DNA of 64,000 nucleotides, from contig NC_059433.1 in assembly GCF_021028975.2 (NCBI RefSeq), positions 60,078,001 to 60,142,000 of the forward strand, in the 5' to 3' direction. Within the stretch, counting starts at the first letter, position 1. The number at the start of each line of letters is the position of its first letter. Positions 11,605 to 25,844 of the stretch are shown here, in pieces. Made by a program: the position numbers and the translations under genes. The notes under the pieces were generated by a model, which was given only the letters and a program-made list of their open reading frames with translations, searched no databases and had not been told where the DNA came from. The stretch is from Sphaerodactylus townsendi (Eukaryota).

Positions 11605-11812
11605 AGGGACCTACCGCCCCCTCTTGGGAGGGTTTTAGCTGTCGGACAAGATATTGTTTACTGGAACGCTGTGTTTTAATAGGGGTTTTAATAGTTTAAT
11701 CCTAATAGAGCCATATATATGTTATTATAGTTGTATTATAGTTGTATTTTGCTATGTTTTAAACTGTGCTCTACTTATATATACATATTAATATGTTGTG
11801 CACTGCCCAGAG
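11605..11812 (+). mobile_element. LINE (L2-like) 3' UTR fragment
   Basis: T-rich UTR ending TGTTGTGCACTGCCCAGAGC; similar organisation at 50895-51200. Confidence 0.4.
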
Positions 11813-13132
11813 CAGGAAACCCCCACCCACCCCGCCCAATCAGCCCAATAAAGTCATCCACTGGTATCACCAAAGGAATTTTCTGTATATCTGGAAAAAT
11901 ATTGGCTAATACGATTTTCCCCAATTACAAAACTCCAAAGCTTTATTTTTCTGTAGAAATGTTTCAATGTCTAAATATACATCGTTTCATAATACTAAAA
12001 ACAATGAATCGATACTGTTGCCAATTCAATATCAGCCAAGCTTGGCAGTTTCAAAATTGTAATCAATTTTCTTCTGATAGTTATCTCTAGAAATGGTATA
12101 ACAGATTATAGAAAAATGGTTAATTACCATAGGTAAATGTTATTGATAGGTAAATGGGGCCTGGAGGGAAAGAATAAAGCCACAAATAAACTTAATAATT
12201 CAATCAGAAACACAAGTTATAAATTCACATGGCTGACTGCGCAGGCCAAATCAAAACCAAAGATAACATTCTTATTGATGTATCTCCTCTCATGTGATGG
12301 AAGGGACATTGCAATTACTAATATGCTACCACACTAACAAACAAGCGATGCTTCACAGAGTTACTGTGTGGAAGCCTAGTGACATCTGTGGAACCAAGTT
12401 AAACACTATTAAAATAAATGAGCAGCCAGCAACAGTAAACAGCATATGCATAGTCCGTGTGTCCATGGTTTACAGCCCCTTTGATTTAAACAATGTAAGG
12501 GAAGTACATGTTGTATTGCCTTTACAACTGCACAAGTATTATTCCAGTAAAAATAATTCTTATATAAAACTTTGTATTTGTGTGAATACAATATATTTGC
12601 ACTTCGCTCGATTGATTTTTTCCTAATAAAGTGTTTCTTCAGTTCACACATTACTTGCTATTTGGGGCAAAAACTAACTTGAGGTACTTTTAAACTGTCA
12701 TTTTCTAAGTGAAACATAAACACAATAAATTAAATCTACTTGTAGCGTTAGACTTTTCTCAGAAAGTCCACATCACTAGATAAAACTAACTCCCCCCCCC
12801 CCAAAAAAAAACACTGTCAGAGAGAGGACTTCACATGGATGCTTCATGGTGCACTTGAAACATGGTGGCATGAGGGAACACTGCAGGTGCAAATAGTCAG
12901 CTTCAAAGAACAAGAGGGCGGCAGCTGCTGCCTTCCTTACAGTTTAATGGTAAATAAACCTTCTTCAACACATGTCTCCAACCTACAAACCATCTAGGAG
13001 TTGAGCACTATTTCAGCAGAAATACTATTTAAAGAAAACACATTTGAAAGCACATACATAATCAGAAACAAGGACATTTACAAACAGAATACTACATTCC
13101 AGCACAGAGGAGGATATACTGGGAGGGGGGGG

Positions 13133-13418
13133 GGAAGAGCCAGTGTTGTATAGTGGTTAATACCAAGCAAGTGGACTCTAATGTGGAGAACTGGGTTTGA
13201 TTCCCCACTCCTCCGCCTAAGTAGCAGAGGTTTATCTGGTGAAGCATATGTGTTTCCGCACTCCTACATTCCTGCTGGGTGTCCCTAAGCTAGTCACAAT
13301 TCTTCGGAACTCTCTGAGCCCCACCTGCCTCACAAGCTGTCTGTTGTGGGGAGAGGAAGGGAAAGGAGTTTTTTCTTATAGGAACGAAAGGCGGGGTATA
13401 AATCCAAACTCTTCTTCT
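13133..13418 (+). mobile_element. Squam3-like tRNA SINE, near full length
   Basis: TAGTGGTTAA A-box, GGGTTTGATTCCCC B-box, 3' AAATCCAAACTCTTCTTCT tail. Confidence 0.82.
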
Positions 13419-14512
13419 AGAAAATATGATGAGAACAATAAGATGTATTTAGCGGTGAAATTCTATAATCAGAATTAAACTGAAACTGTGAACTGATGTC
13501 AATGGGCCAAATGTAGACTTAATTTCATATACAGTACAGGACAGGACAGGACAAGATTCAAGAATTCCAAGTTTTATATATGTGTTATAAACATATCTAT
13601 TAAGCAACAGTGCCACTACCATCCATCAAGGTGGTGTGGGGAGGTTCACGAAGTGCGGCAGCCTCCCCACCGCCAAGAAGCCTAAATGGACCACAATGGA
13701 CTTACGCCAGCCAAAAAGCTGGCTTAAGTCCAGACTGTGGCCTGCCGGCACAACACCATCGAAGGTTGAGAGGCAGCCACCTAACATCAGCTCTTCTCCC
13801 AGTCCTGTCCCCATCCCACCCCCCAGCATCCTGCACTTCATCCCACAACCAGGGGAGGGTAGTGGCGGCCCCATGACAGTGGTATCACCCCTCCACCGGG
13901 ATAAGTGCCCCAGAGAAAGTGAATCCATCAGTGCGGTCACCCTGCCACTCCCATCGCCAGTTGCAGTCCCCCCCTTTGTAAGGTTATCTATGACTGCAAT
14001 GCAATGATCACTTATCTTCAAGAAACAAGAAGTGGGACTTACTTGTGAGTAAAGATACACAATTCACAATATATAACTCCTTCCTCTCTAACAGCATTTA
14101 GGATATGGTTATTGTTAAAGACAATAAAAGGGGCACACACTTTCTTTTTGGGGAAAGGAGTAGGAGTAACTTAGTTATATTAATTTTTTATTTTCAAATT
14201 CATTATTAATCCTTCTCACAGAGAATGGAGACAAATAAGCCACTCCCTCTCAAGTGATTAAGGCTGTAACACTAAGAGGACGGAAGGCTCTATGAAATCA
14301 CATCCTACTGAACTCCCTCTCCCTTGTCCCCCAAATCTTCAAGAATTTCCCAAGCCACAGTTGGCAAGCCAACTTTCAGATACATTAAAATTAGTGCTTT
14401 AATTTTAAAATATTTTAATTTTGTAAATTTATTTTAAAAATAATCCAAATATAATCCAAAATCCAAAAATAATAGTGATATTGGAATGTAATGAAAGCAT
14501 ATGCATCTATAC

Positions 14513-14623
14513 CCGTGGTGGCGAACCCCTTTGGCACTCCAGATGTTATAGACTACAATTCTATAGGGGCTGATGGGAATTGTAGTCCATAACATCTGGA
14601 GTGCCAAAGGTTCGCCACCACTG
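14513..14623. mobile_element. Palindromic hAT MITE with perfect 8-bp TSD
   Basis: Near-complete fold-back (GTGGTGGCGAACC...TTTGGCACTCCAGATGTTAT / ATAACATCTGGAGTGCCAAAGGTTCGCCACCACTG); ATCTATAC at 14505-14512 and 14624-14631. Confidence 0.9.
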
Positions 14624-14657
14624 ATCTATACTCATTCTATGACTATCTATGACACAA

Positions 14658-15587
14658 TCTATATATATAAAAAGCTAACCGTGAGTTTGTTGGTAACAGG
14701 TCACCTCCCAAATGGTTGGACCAAAGGTGTGAAATTTTTGCATGCCATCCAACATGCCTCCTTCCGTGTTCCTAGCTCCTTCCCCCACTGTGGGACCACT
14801 CCTGTGCCACGCAAAACCCAAATTACCACCAAAAACCCACGGTGCATGCCCACAACACAGCTTAGAACACCTCCTTCAACTGCCAGGCTAACTCGCCCGC
14901 AGACTGCCACCACCCTCCCCCTCACCTCCAAATGCGCATGCCCACTGTCGCCCAGCACGCACGCTGCTGACACACACCTTCACTTCCCCAAACACACACT
15001 CCGTACCGCCGGCTTCCAGCAACTGACCTTCCCAGCCCTCAATGACCACCGCACCAGGAACGGCCTTCCTCTCTGTTCACCGCCTCCTGCTCTTCCAGCC
15101 GCACCACCATCCACAGGCCCCACCCCCGCACCGCCAGCCTCGCTGCCCCATCAGCCAGCCTCCATATCACCTTCTCCTGCACCCAGTGGCGAAGGTAGAA
15201 GGCGCGCGGGGGGGGGGGGTTTGCAATGCACCGCGCCAACCGCTTTTACTCACGTGTGGCCAGGAAAAAATCCCCACCCTTCCCCCTTTCCCCCATGCCG
15301 CCCCCAACCCCCCCACCCCACCTCAAGCGTGGGGCCGCCGGGAGGAGGTGAGCCAGCACCCATCGCAAAACTCGCAAGCCCAGCCGTTTTGCTTCAGTCC
15401 AGGCCCAGAGCTCACTCCAGCCGGGGGGGGGGAGAACCTTACAGGTCCTTACAGGAAGGAGGGATGGTGTAACCCCCCCCCCGCAACATCCCGGGGAAGC
15501 AGATCCAGCACAGTCCCAGAGGGAGGAAGCTGCCCTGTGGCCCCCACTCTAATCCAAGCCACAGCAACGCGTGGCTGGGTACGCTAG
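14658..15587 (+). mobile_element. Non-autonomous Helitron
   Basis: 5' A^TCTATATATATAAAAAG; 3' hairpin AGCCAC-N8-GTGGCT then CTAG^T; inserted between A and T with no TSD. Confidence 0.85.
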
Positions 15588-15954
15588 TTAGATATATTGA
15601 ATGAAAGCCTGCTTGTCTTTGTAAAAGAATAAACCAGTGGCAAAAATGTGCCTTTGACACTCAAGTGTTACAGTGGTCCTGCAGCACATGTGTGCATGTG
15701 ATATTATTTTCACTACTGGTATTTGGACTGTTGAATAATCAGAATGAATTCTTAGTTTCCATTTCATGAAGATACACTATTCTTGCTCAGAAGGATGTAC
15801 TTCTAGAAAGTCCTGGACTTCACCAGGACTTCACCCAAAACAAGTGTGCTTAAAATATTAGCCTTAGGGTTTGAGTAGAGGGAATTAAAAATTCTGAATT
15901 CTAAATAAATTATGTAGACTCCCTGTGCCAGAGAGAGAAACGCTTCTTACCATG

Positions 15955-16047
15955 ACATGCCTCTGAAGATGCCATTCATAGATGTGGGCAAAAAGTTAAG
16001 ATCAAAAACTCCCAGACCACACAGCCTAGAAAACTCACAACAGCCAG
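15955..16047 (+). mobile_element. Penelope-like terminal-repeat fragment with decayed hammerhead motif
   Basis: CTCTGAAGATGCCATTCATAGATGTGGGCAAAAGTTAAG...AGAAAACTCACAACAGCC, homologous to the 33130, 35821, 44141 and 59745 copies. Confidence 0.65.
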
Positions 16048-18186
16048 CACATACATTTTTAACTTAGTCTTTTTCTTATAGCACCAATAAGCATATGCAG
16101 TTTGGGGAATTTTCCAAGCTTTTTGGTGGCTGGGTTTAAACAAATCCACTATTTTTTCCTTCCCAGAAAGCATTTATAATATTCGATTGCTTAACTGCAA
16201 CCCTGTGTATTACTTTGGGAGTAAATCCTATTGATTTCATTTGTGCTTTTAATTTAAAAAATGGTACTTCTTTATATGATACTGTGTTTACTTACTTGTT
16301 TTACTCATCTTTGACAGTTTTTACCAAGATACCACATGCTTATTGTGATATAAAACCAGTATATTAGTGGTCTTCCCCCATGTATAGTAATCACCCACAC
16401 CAATTCCCCTACCAACAGACCCCCAAACACTTATTACCCTACCAACAGCCCCCCAAACACTATTTTTCCAAACTGCTAAACAAATAGCCAGCCTCGTATC
16501 TTTTTCAGTACTAGCATCACACGGTGTAATATCCAATATATTTAAAATTTGTCTAGCACTAGAGACCTTATTTCAAGAGATGCAATATCAAACACTAGTA
16601 AAACCTGTCTTCCGATTGTGTTTGGGGACATGTAATTTTATGTATGGAAGAAAATCAAAGAACGCCTCAGAAGAACTGCTCAGAAGGTGAAAAGATAAGG
16701 ACAGAAATAGGGCAAAGGCAAGAGAGAATGTTGAAACAGCAGGAAACATTCTGTTAAAAGAGGTGGTATTAACTAAGGAAGTGTGAAAGTCAAGATGATT
16801 CAGTGCAGAAAACAGAAAAAAACTTTTCTCTGCAAAGCTCATTTAATGAGTACTGACACAACAGGCCTTTACTTCATTTTGTAGTACTAAAAAGATAGTG
16901 TATGCTATGTATACATGTAGCTAGGAAAGAGGACAAATCGATCTGGGGACTATGAATATAGCCCAAGATTGCATAGAGGAAATTCACAAGTTTGGGGAAG
17001 GCCCTGTTCAGACACACAACAAAACTAAGATTTAAGAATCAAGAATAGGACTTGTAATATCGGGCATTCTCCAACTCATCCTCCTCCCCTGGTTTTGGTA
17101 TTACACACTATCAATGATAGCCAAGGTTAATATGAAACTAGGTGCACTCAAACTCATTTTGGCTAGATTAAGACATAACATTAAATAAAGGTCTGGCATG
17201 GAACGCACCCTATGTTCTTTCCACTGTGTACTCAAATGCAACGAGTTATTTTCTCTTCATTGCAAACCATAATTTGTTGTTACATTAAAACAAACAAACT
17301 GCAATTTACATTTGCTCTTCCAAACAGGACTGCAATCTAATTTCAGACTGCAGATTATAATCCCAGTTTGAAGAGCAAACACAAAATTTAGTTTACTGGG
17401 TTGGAGGTAACAGTAAATTATGGATTGAACTAAAGTGAACGGTTTGAATCCTGTGAACATGTTCTGGCCACAATGGAGTACAGCCTAGACTGCAGAGCTC
17501 AGTTCTTCTGCTGCTATCATTGCTGTTCGCATAAGGATTCACTGGAGACCACTGATCTTGGTTAAATGAAAATACTAGGTGTTCCAGCCACAGTAGAGAC
17601 TGCAGTGGCTAGAACAAACAGACAGCAGAATACAGCCATAGGATTCAAACTAAAATAACTAATAATTGAAATAAAATATCTTCCACAAATTAAGAAAAAA
17701 GGGAGCATATTAATATGTTGCTTGTTCACATAGCATTTTTTTTCTGCTATATCTTAACTGATTCTTTGAAAGCCCCGAATAAAGATAAATTGGAAAGGGA
17801 ATTTAGGAGCACACCTGGTTTTATTTTAATCAGTGTTAGCAATGGTCATGCAGTGGTGAACCAACATACAGCAGGAAAGGAATAATTCACTTGTGAGCCA
17901 CACTGTGAAGACAGACTGTACATGATCCTGAAATTTAAACTCTGGTTACTGAAATGAACCTGAAGGATTACACCCACAATGCTAGTATAATATCTTTGGC
18001 TGGCAAATCCTGTTGCCTTGCTTATAATCATTGCTGTAATACCTCATAGGTGTGGTTACACACACTAGATTAATATACGCAAAAAACTGATATGTGGAAG
18101 AACTTCAAAGAACACTGCAACTACCTAAGGGATTTTTAAAAAGTCACAGTCAAGTTCTTTGTAAAACCCATCCTTAGAACTAGACT

Positions 18187-18219
<33 letters not shown>

Positions 18220-18616
18220 TACATAACACAGCACAAGTGTCTGGAATTCGTCTCTGAATATCGAGTCCTTCCCAGGGACCTAGGATATTAGAGGTATTTG
18301 CGTAGAATGTGTGCAGCTCCTAGAAGTACTGCTTTCTGCAGCATGTGGACTGATGTTCTGTCCAAGTTTAGGCTTTTCAGATGCTTTTCAAGGTTTCTTG
18401 GGATTCCTCCTACAGCACCGACTGCTATTGGGATTACTGTTGTTCTTTTTCACCACAATCGTTTGACTTCAATTTGTAGGTCCTTGTTATTTCGTGATAA
18501 CAATTTGTAGGTCGTTGTTATTTTCCAGCTCTTTGTCCTCTACCCTGCTGCCAACTGGCACTGTAACATCTATGATCCAAACATGTTTTTTCTCTACCAC
18601 TGTTATGTCTGGGGCA
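18220..18616 (-). mobile_element. R4/Dong-clade (restriction-like endonuclease) non-LTR retrotransposon 3' end
   Basis: PDITVVEKKHVWIIDVTVP (PD..D endonuclease motif)...TTVIPIAVGAVGGIPRNLEKHLKSL...LQKAVLLGAAHILRKYL*; abuts (ATG)n at 18187-18219. Confidence 0.82.
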
Positions 18617-18632
18617 TTTTATTATTATTATT

Positions 18633-18797
18633 GTAGATTTTACAGCTGCCGGATCTTTAGCTGGTTGTTGGCCTTTCATTACAATTCAAGCCTCACCCAG
18701 AGGCCTAGGAAGTTGTAATGTATCGGCGTAGTGTTCATGCAGTCCCAACAGGGCTGTCGTCTGAATTTGTCAGATGTTAATTTTGTCAATTCGAAGA
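18633..18797 (-). mobile_element. Second, divergent R4/Dong 3' end
   Basis: HLRIDKINI*QIQTTALLG...TLRRYI, then CCTAGGCCTCTGGGTGAGGCTTGAAT, paralleling the neighbour's CCTAGGTCCCTGGGAAGGACTCGAT; (TAA)n tail. Confidence 0.7.
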
Positions 18798-19249
18798 TGA
18801 TGATGATGATTATTATTATTAGTAGTAGTAGTAGATGATAAATTACAAAGAAAAATAAAACAAGATAAATATGCTGGACTATGAAATTATCAAAGTAGAA
18901 AAATTTATTCTAGAATATAATACACGAAGGCAACATTGAACAATATGTAGGTATTAAATGCAGGGAGCAAAAACATCTAGATTAACAACATGTTTTGTTT
19001 ACTGCATATAGTAAGTCAGTAACCATTTGCAGTACATTACTAAAGAGCTGTACTGGCATCCATTGCATGAAAAATCTGTTCTGTTTTGGTTGCGCTATTT
19101 TCAAGGCTCCTCAGCTCTCAATGAATGAGCATCAAGAAAACAAAAGGAACACTGGAATAAAAACCAGAGCCAGTATAGGCCTCATGTAATAAGCACGAGA
19201 TAGATAAAAATTCAAGACCCGATATGTGTGAACAGTTTCACCAACGCAA

Positions 19250-19990
19250 GGAAGAAAAAAACAGAAACAATAAATCACTAAAGGCCCAGTCACTGCCAAA
19301 CACTAACCATCTCAGAACCCAGCTGAAGATGACAGTCTGAACAGTCATACAAAAGCCTAGAGAACAACCTGGTCTTCACACACCCTTTGAAATGAGTTAA
19401 CGAGAAGGCCTTGACACCTCCTCAGGCAGTCCATTCTACAAAACAAGAGTAAAAAACATTCATTTATTTGCATGCCATTATATATGGGGAGAAAGTTGCA
19501 GGTTGTGAAAGGTTCAAAAAAGTAAGATGCAGAACTATTTGTGCCCACGAAAAGGGTGAAAACCAGCAAAGATGTTTTAAAATGTGTGGCTACCCAACAT
19601 CAGAAGAAAGGCAAGCCCAACTTGGAAGTTACAGATGTATGGATCAACATAGACAGAATGGCTAAATTTCAAAGGGGGAAACCACAGCAATCCAATTATA
19701 TGAAATAAAGCAGTCTTGGCAACACCAGTCAGCTTCTCCAACAGAGCACCTCACTCAGTCAGATGGAACCAAAGGGACATCATCCAACGCTGGTAAATCA
19801 ATCTGTTCCAAAACACAAATTTTCCTGCAACAAAGTTATAGCCACTTTGTCCAGTGTCAGTTGTTTTTCCTAACCCACTTGACCACTGCATCCAGGCAAA
19901 AACAATAATTTCTCAACGCTTAGTATTGGATGACATCCAATTCCAAAATGCCATTTCACTCGCAACTTTAAATAGATATTAAATGGAACT
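19250..19990 (-). mobile_element. Old L2 LINE fragment
   Basis: Residual peptides DLPALDDVPL and NGLPEEV...THFKGCVKT. Confidence 0.5.
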
Positions 19991-22937
19991 GGCGATCTTA
20001 CAAGGCAAGTGCCTTGGAAAATGCCTCTGCATTCTGTTAGACCAAAAGAACCCTTCAGAACATAAGAATCAAACCCTTCAGAACATAAGAATCAAATGCT
20101 CCGAACAGTCCAATAGGCTGGTACAATCAATAATATCAATGCCATCCAAAGGCCTAACAACAGCAACATGGAAGAATTACTCTTATCTGTAAGAGATCAT
20201 TCACCAATGAAATTAATGCTGTCTGCATCTCACAGCCAGGCCTAAAATCAGATTAAAATGGACCAAGAAAAGATATCAGAAATCTCTGAAATTGTTGTGC
20301 TGATATGTGCTTCATCATCTGGCACAAACATGGGAACTGGAAAAAGTTTAATTGGTCAGGATTTCCTAGCAAAGGATACCTCCCCCCTTAAAAAACAACA
20401 ACAACCCAGTGGGTAAACCACTGATTCTTGATGCAGCTGGGGAAACTTACCCCTAAGACATTAATTGATCTGGACAAAGGTTTTCTCATTTTTTCCAAGA
20501 AGATTTAATCAGTCAAAAGAGACAAAAATCTAATTTGCAAGTGTAGCCTTCACAAATCCAAATAATATCTGTCATGAATTAAGGGAGGAAAGCCTTAACA
20601 TTTTACAAAATTCAAACTAAAGAAGCTGAAAAGTTGCAAGTACATCCTAATCGAGAATTACTGTATTCTTTATACCTCTCCTAGACTAACAATAGTATAT
20701 TTTAATAGTGATCTAGTACTTCCATATTGAACCAGTACAGTGTTCTTTCTCTGTATAAATATGAATCAGAATCACGCAGAAAGAAGACTCTTCTGAGCTT
20801 GAACCAGATAAATGTATATTTTAACCATTACTAATAGTTAGAGGCACTATAATATACTTTTTGCTTGCATGTATGTGTTCTTACCAATGCTAATAAATAG
20901 ACAGTAACAAACTGACCAAGAAAATATCTGGATCAGAAACAACTGATATTCATATTGTAGTTTCCTTGTTTAGTGTAGGATGGGTCATACATTGTTAATG
21001 CATTAACTCATTTAAAATGTGTTCCTTATACAGATTTACTCATAAGTAAGTAGCACTGAGTACAATAAAATGTACCTCCTAGTAAGGTTACTGTTTCACA
21101 GCTTAGCTGAAAACCAACTACTATTTATTCAAGAAAATCCCACATGCCAAATTAATGGTACTAACTTCCTGGTAAGTACATATAGAACTGTAACCTTGTT
21201 AAATATTAAATTTCTAGACAGGAAGAATAATCTCATACATAACAAAATATGTGTTTGATTCCTGCTAATATTTTCAGCCATTATTCACATTTTATCACCA
21301 CCTACAAGGTTTTGGTTTTAAGCAGTAACAGATCTCATACTGGGATACACCAAGGGAATAAAAATTGCACACCATAAATCTCTCTACAAGATATTAATAA
21401 AGAACATTAAGAACACACAGTGCCACCCTAATCACAGTAACACTGTTCTAAAGCCACAGTATCGAAGCGCAGATCTGCTACCATGGCTGAGGCCAGGGAA
21501 GAAGAGATCCTGGTGAACAATAGCTGAATATTAATGACAGAATAACAGCACCAGAATGTGGAGGGGGATGAACATTCTAATGAAAGCAGCATGGTACAGA
21601 TGGGTATCCACACTTGGATGAACACACACATATATACATATCTGAATGTAATTTTAATTTAGGCTGCAGGTTCTAACCCAAACAAGGCCATCTGGACGCA
21701 AAATATTTTTTTTCAAGCATCTCCATTCTGGATCAGAGTGTAAAAGCAGTTTCAAACAGAAATTGTATGATTTATTTTGTTACAAATACTTATTAAATGG
21801 ACATCACTAAACACACATACACACAAGCAACATCATCACAACACAGCATTATAATGCACACCATCCCCACAGGGAGAAAGATTATCTACCAATACTTCTA
21901 GATTTAACACATTTTTTTAAATTTCCCAGGCATTTACACAAAGTTCTTTTAAACAAATGTGACATTTAAACAAATGTGACAGCCCAGAAGGACATTTATA
22001 TTTCTTCAAAGCATCATAATTGCATATCATTTGGTGCTTTATGCCACCTAATAATTTTTCACCTCAACATCTCCTGCTGTAATGAAATAACTCAATATGA
22101 CTTCAATGGGGCAAGAATCAAGCCCCAGTTTAAGGCCTTGGATCAGTGGGTTCAACCATGTCAAACTTAATTTCTATACCATATTTTTCTTTCATTCTGG
22201 CTGAAATAAATATATAAGTGAAGGCAACTCCTCCCAGCCATTCTTTTCCTAACTTATCGACACAGACAGCTTTACTAGAAAGTGTTCCTTATACTATACC
22301 TATCCCTCCTGTTGTTCTTCCTACACAACCACTTCTCAATTCTAGAAGCAGACATCAATTTTAAATGCAGGCAGGGTGTCACTGTCCCTGGTTTTCCATC
22401 ATTCCCTTTCTAGAGCTTCTATACTCTGCTCCCCTCCCCACACTGCCTGTCACCTGCTCCCTCCCAGACGGCCTTGTTCTTCCAGGTCAGCTGTGTACAC
22501 ACCTCTGCCTATTCATCCAGGGTGTGTGTGTTGGGGGGGGGGGGGCGAGAGAGGAGATGAAAGAAAGCCATGTCAAGGCAACCAACTCCATTTCGCCGTC
22601 AACAAGAGGGAGAGCTTCTCTAACGCACAAACTCCACCAGGATCCACACGCACAACTCCTCCCTAAGCCTATACACATACACACCAGGCCCTGTTGGGTC
22701 CCCTCGCTATATCCAGCCCCAAACACCACCACTGTGCCAGATCACAAAGGCCTGGCTCATGCATCAGCAGCACCACGGGCTTGGCTGCCCTCGTCCATAG
22801 TCTCACCAAGCCAACCCACAACCTGACCCGGCGGGCCTCCCCCCGCCCCAGCCGTCACCTCGCTCCCCCCATCGCCCTGCGAGACCCTCGTCGCTGCCTC
22901 TCTTTTCCGCCTAGTCAGTCTTCTTGCAATGACAGTC

Positions 22938-23115
22938 AATTGCAAGTCCTTCCGGATCCAGGTGCATTCAGTGTCCCCCCCACCCCAATTGCCAGGCCTT
23001 CCCGCTCCAAGTGCATTCAGTCTCCCCCCAACTGCAAGTGCTTCCCGCTCCAGGTGCATTCAGTCCCCCCCGCCCCCCATTGTCAGGCCTTCCCGCTCCA
23101 AGTCCCTTCAGTCTC
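22938..23115. repeat. Four-unit minisatellite (about 40-47 bp) at the start of ARFGEF1 intron 1
   Basis: Repeated CTTCC(C/G)G(C/A)TCCA(G/A)GTGCATTCAGT followed by a C-run; units alternate A-B-A-B. Confidence 0.85.
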
Positions 23116-23139
23116 TTTCCCTCCCCCCCCCCTTCTCTA

Positions 23140-23523
<384 letters not shown>

Positions 23524-23592
23524 TTAACGACGGCGACGGCGGCAGTAGCAGTAATGGCAGCAATGGCAGCAGCAGCAGCCTGCTCTCGCCAT
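23524..23592 (-). other. Candidate uORF MARAGCCCCHCCHYCYCRRRRR*, in frame with ARFGEF1
   Basis: AACATGG Kozak context; 324 nt upstream of the main ATG; translation not demonstrated. Confidence 0.4.
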
Positions 23593-25169
23593 GTTGGAAG
23601 GAAGCGACGTCAAGGCCGCGGCCCGAGTGGCTGCAGAGGAGGAAGCGGCGGCGATGCGGCGGCGGCGGCTGCTGTGGTTACTGCTGCTTCAGGCCGGGAG
23701 GGAGGCGCAGGCGCAGCCGCAGGGAGGCAGCAGCTGGGACGGGCGGTCAGGCCTGCGCTACAGGTGTGAGGAGAGGAGGCGCCTCTTCTTCTCCTTCCTG
23801 AGGAAGAGACTGGGGGCGGCAACGGGCTGGAACTGACCCGCTTTCACCCTTCCCGTGTGGGCGAGAGTTTCCAGCCTCTTTTCCTCCACGCTCGAGCCAT
23901 CTCATGTCGGGCGAGCGAGTCAGCCTGGCTCGCTTGCTCGTTCAGACTTGGAGTGGGACAGGAGCTCCATCCCCGCCCTGGCTTTCTTCCGGGTAAAGCT
24001 GCCTTTATGTTTGAGGTGTTCGATGGTGTTGAGATATAAACCCGCCCCTTACCTGAATACCTTTATTTGAAAACAAGTCCCAAGTAAATAGGATTGTTTG
24101 GCTTACAGTTGGGCATGTAAAGACTTCGAACTGAGGCTTCTCAAACTTGGCCAGTGTGGCCCTTGCTGTGCTTGGTCCCCCCAGTAAAATTAAACACAGA
24201 GCATAAAGGTTAAAAACAAAACTTTTTTTTTTCAGTTCGGGCCCAGGCAAAAATAGGTCAACGGTAGAATCTAATAAAAATAGTAGAATCTAATAGTACA
24301 ACCTAATGATATGGGGCGGAAATCCAGGAGAGTGAAAAGCTTTTGAGTGAACATGAGAGATAAGGAAGTGGGGGGCTATGTCCCTACTTAGTTAAGCAGA
24401 ATCAAATAAACTTGCGCCTTCTGGTAACTGAGCAGGCTATTTTAGTTAAGCCTAGCCAGGTTCTGCTGTTGCAGCAAAAATACAGGAGCCTTATGGTTTC
24501 ACACCGTTTTAATTCTCAAAAAAGTCTTTAACATGCCACAAGAGGATAAGACTGTTTATTTTTCTAAAGCCTGCTTTAAAGATTGAGAACTGTTACTTGT
24601 AGTAGTAGAATTCAACCCCGCTATCTAATCCAAAGATTCACATTCTGACAGTGATCCCAAAGTATGAAACTGCATTTTGGAAAAAAGATTGAGTTATCAC
24701 ATCCTAACGGGAACTATTGGCAGGCATTTCTCCAGTACATTGTAAATTGCTGGTTTGCCACAATGGGCCTTGGGAGTTATTTCACAAATCCACTTTCTTA
24801 GGGGAAGATTAAGGAAGAATGTTATGTTGATTCTTTCATCTTAGACTGATCAATGTGGCATTTAAAAATTCTAAAACTACTTTCTGGTTAAGTATAACTG
24901 AATCTTATTTGCTGGAGTTACTACGGTATAAATAGGGCTTTTACAGCTTTTGGTTTTCGAACAGAGGGATCAATAATTCTGTTAGATAATTTACAGACTG
25001 TGGCTTGAGGATATTTGAAATATTAGACATTATCACCTTGCTCACTAAATTGTGTTATGTATAAGATTCTCCAAGAAAGGTAATGCTTTCTTATTAGTTG
25101 TATTTTCAGTCTGTTAATAATTACAAAAAAAGTTGGTTCCTAAAGCAGTTTACAGGAGATAAAAACTAA

Positions 25170-25330
25170 GGATTGGATCCAACCAGGCTTTTCACCTAAT
25201 CCACATCCTTTTTAGTTGAGCCCTCATCATACATGCCTTTATCCACATGATTCCTAACATAGCATTTTTTGTGGTAAAAGTGAACCCTTTTCTTTCTGTC
25301 ACCAGCAGAAGAGATGTTTGGATCCAAACC
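25170..25330. mobile_element. PIF/Harbinger-type MITE
   Basis: TIRs GGATTGGATCCAA / TTGGATCCAAACC with TAA on both flanks. Confidence 0.65.
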
Positions 25331-25844
25331 TAATGCAGACTCAAGCAATAGTAAACTGTCACACTCTATCAAACTTGAGCAAAACCCCAGAAGAGTATTT
25401 AAACAAATATTTGGGGTTTTAAAAATCCACAAACAATAAAACCATCACAAACTAGTACCTGAAAATATTTATCTGGAATAAAATAAGGTGCTAAATTTGG
25501 AGGGCCCTCCCCAGGACCTGCTGACCTGCACGGAGGCCGGGGGGGCTCGGTCTGCATGGAGGCCAAGGGGACCGGGCTCGAGGGTGGGCATGTAGGCCTG
25601 CCCCTAAATCCTGCCTCCAGCCTCCGTGCAGGCCTTCCCAGGCCCTGCTGGCATGCACAGAGGCTGGGGAGGGGGGATTGGCCTACACGGAGGGTGGGGG
25701 TGGGGCTCGGCAGCCCTGCTCCCAAGCCCTGCCCCCAGGTGCAGGGGTGGGGGGGACGCCCAGAGAAGGGATTGTCTCTGGGCGCCATTTCCCCCCAGTT
25801 CTTGCAGCAGGCTGTGTGTGTGCATGCGTGTGCGTATGTGTGTG

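Noticed and set aside
13133-13215. tRNA-like A and B boxes
   Set aside because: SINE head, not a tRNA gene; no cloverleaf
14573-15587. ORFs of 299 and 181 aa
   Set aside because: Low-complexity Pro/Thr-rich frames spanning a MITE and a GC-rich Helitron interior; no recognisable domain
20047-20096. Short tandem duplications (also about 4780-4860, 16405-16462, 36170-36220, 37020-37065, 38670-38715)
   Set aside because: Ordinary slippage duplications with no further structure
4122-23100. ARFGEF1 exon 2 (expected about EEIKAETEKQ)
   Set aside because: No matching minus-strand exon found by eye; it probably lies left of the window
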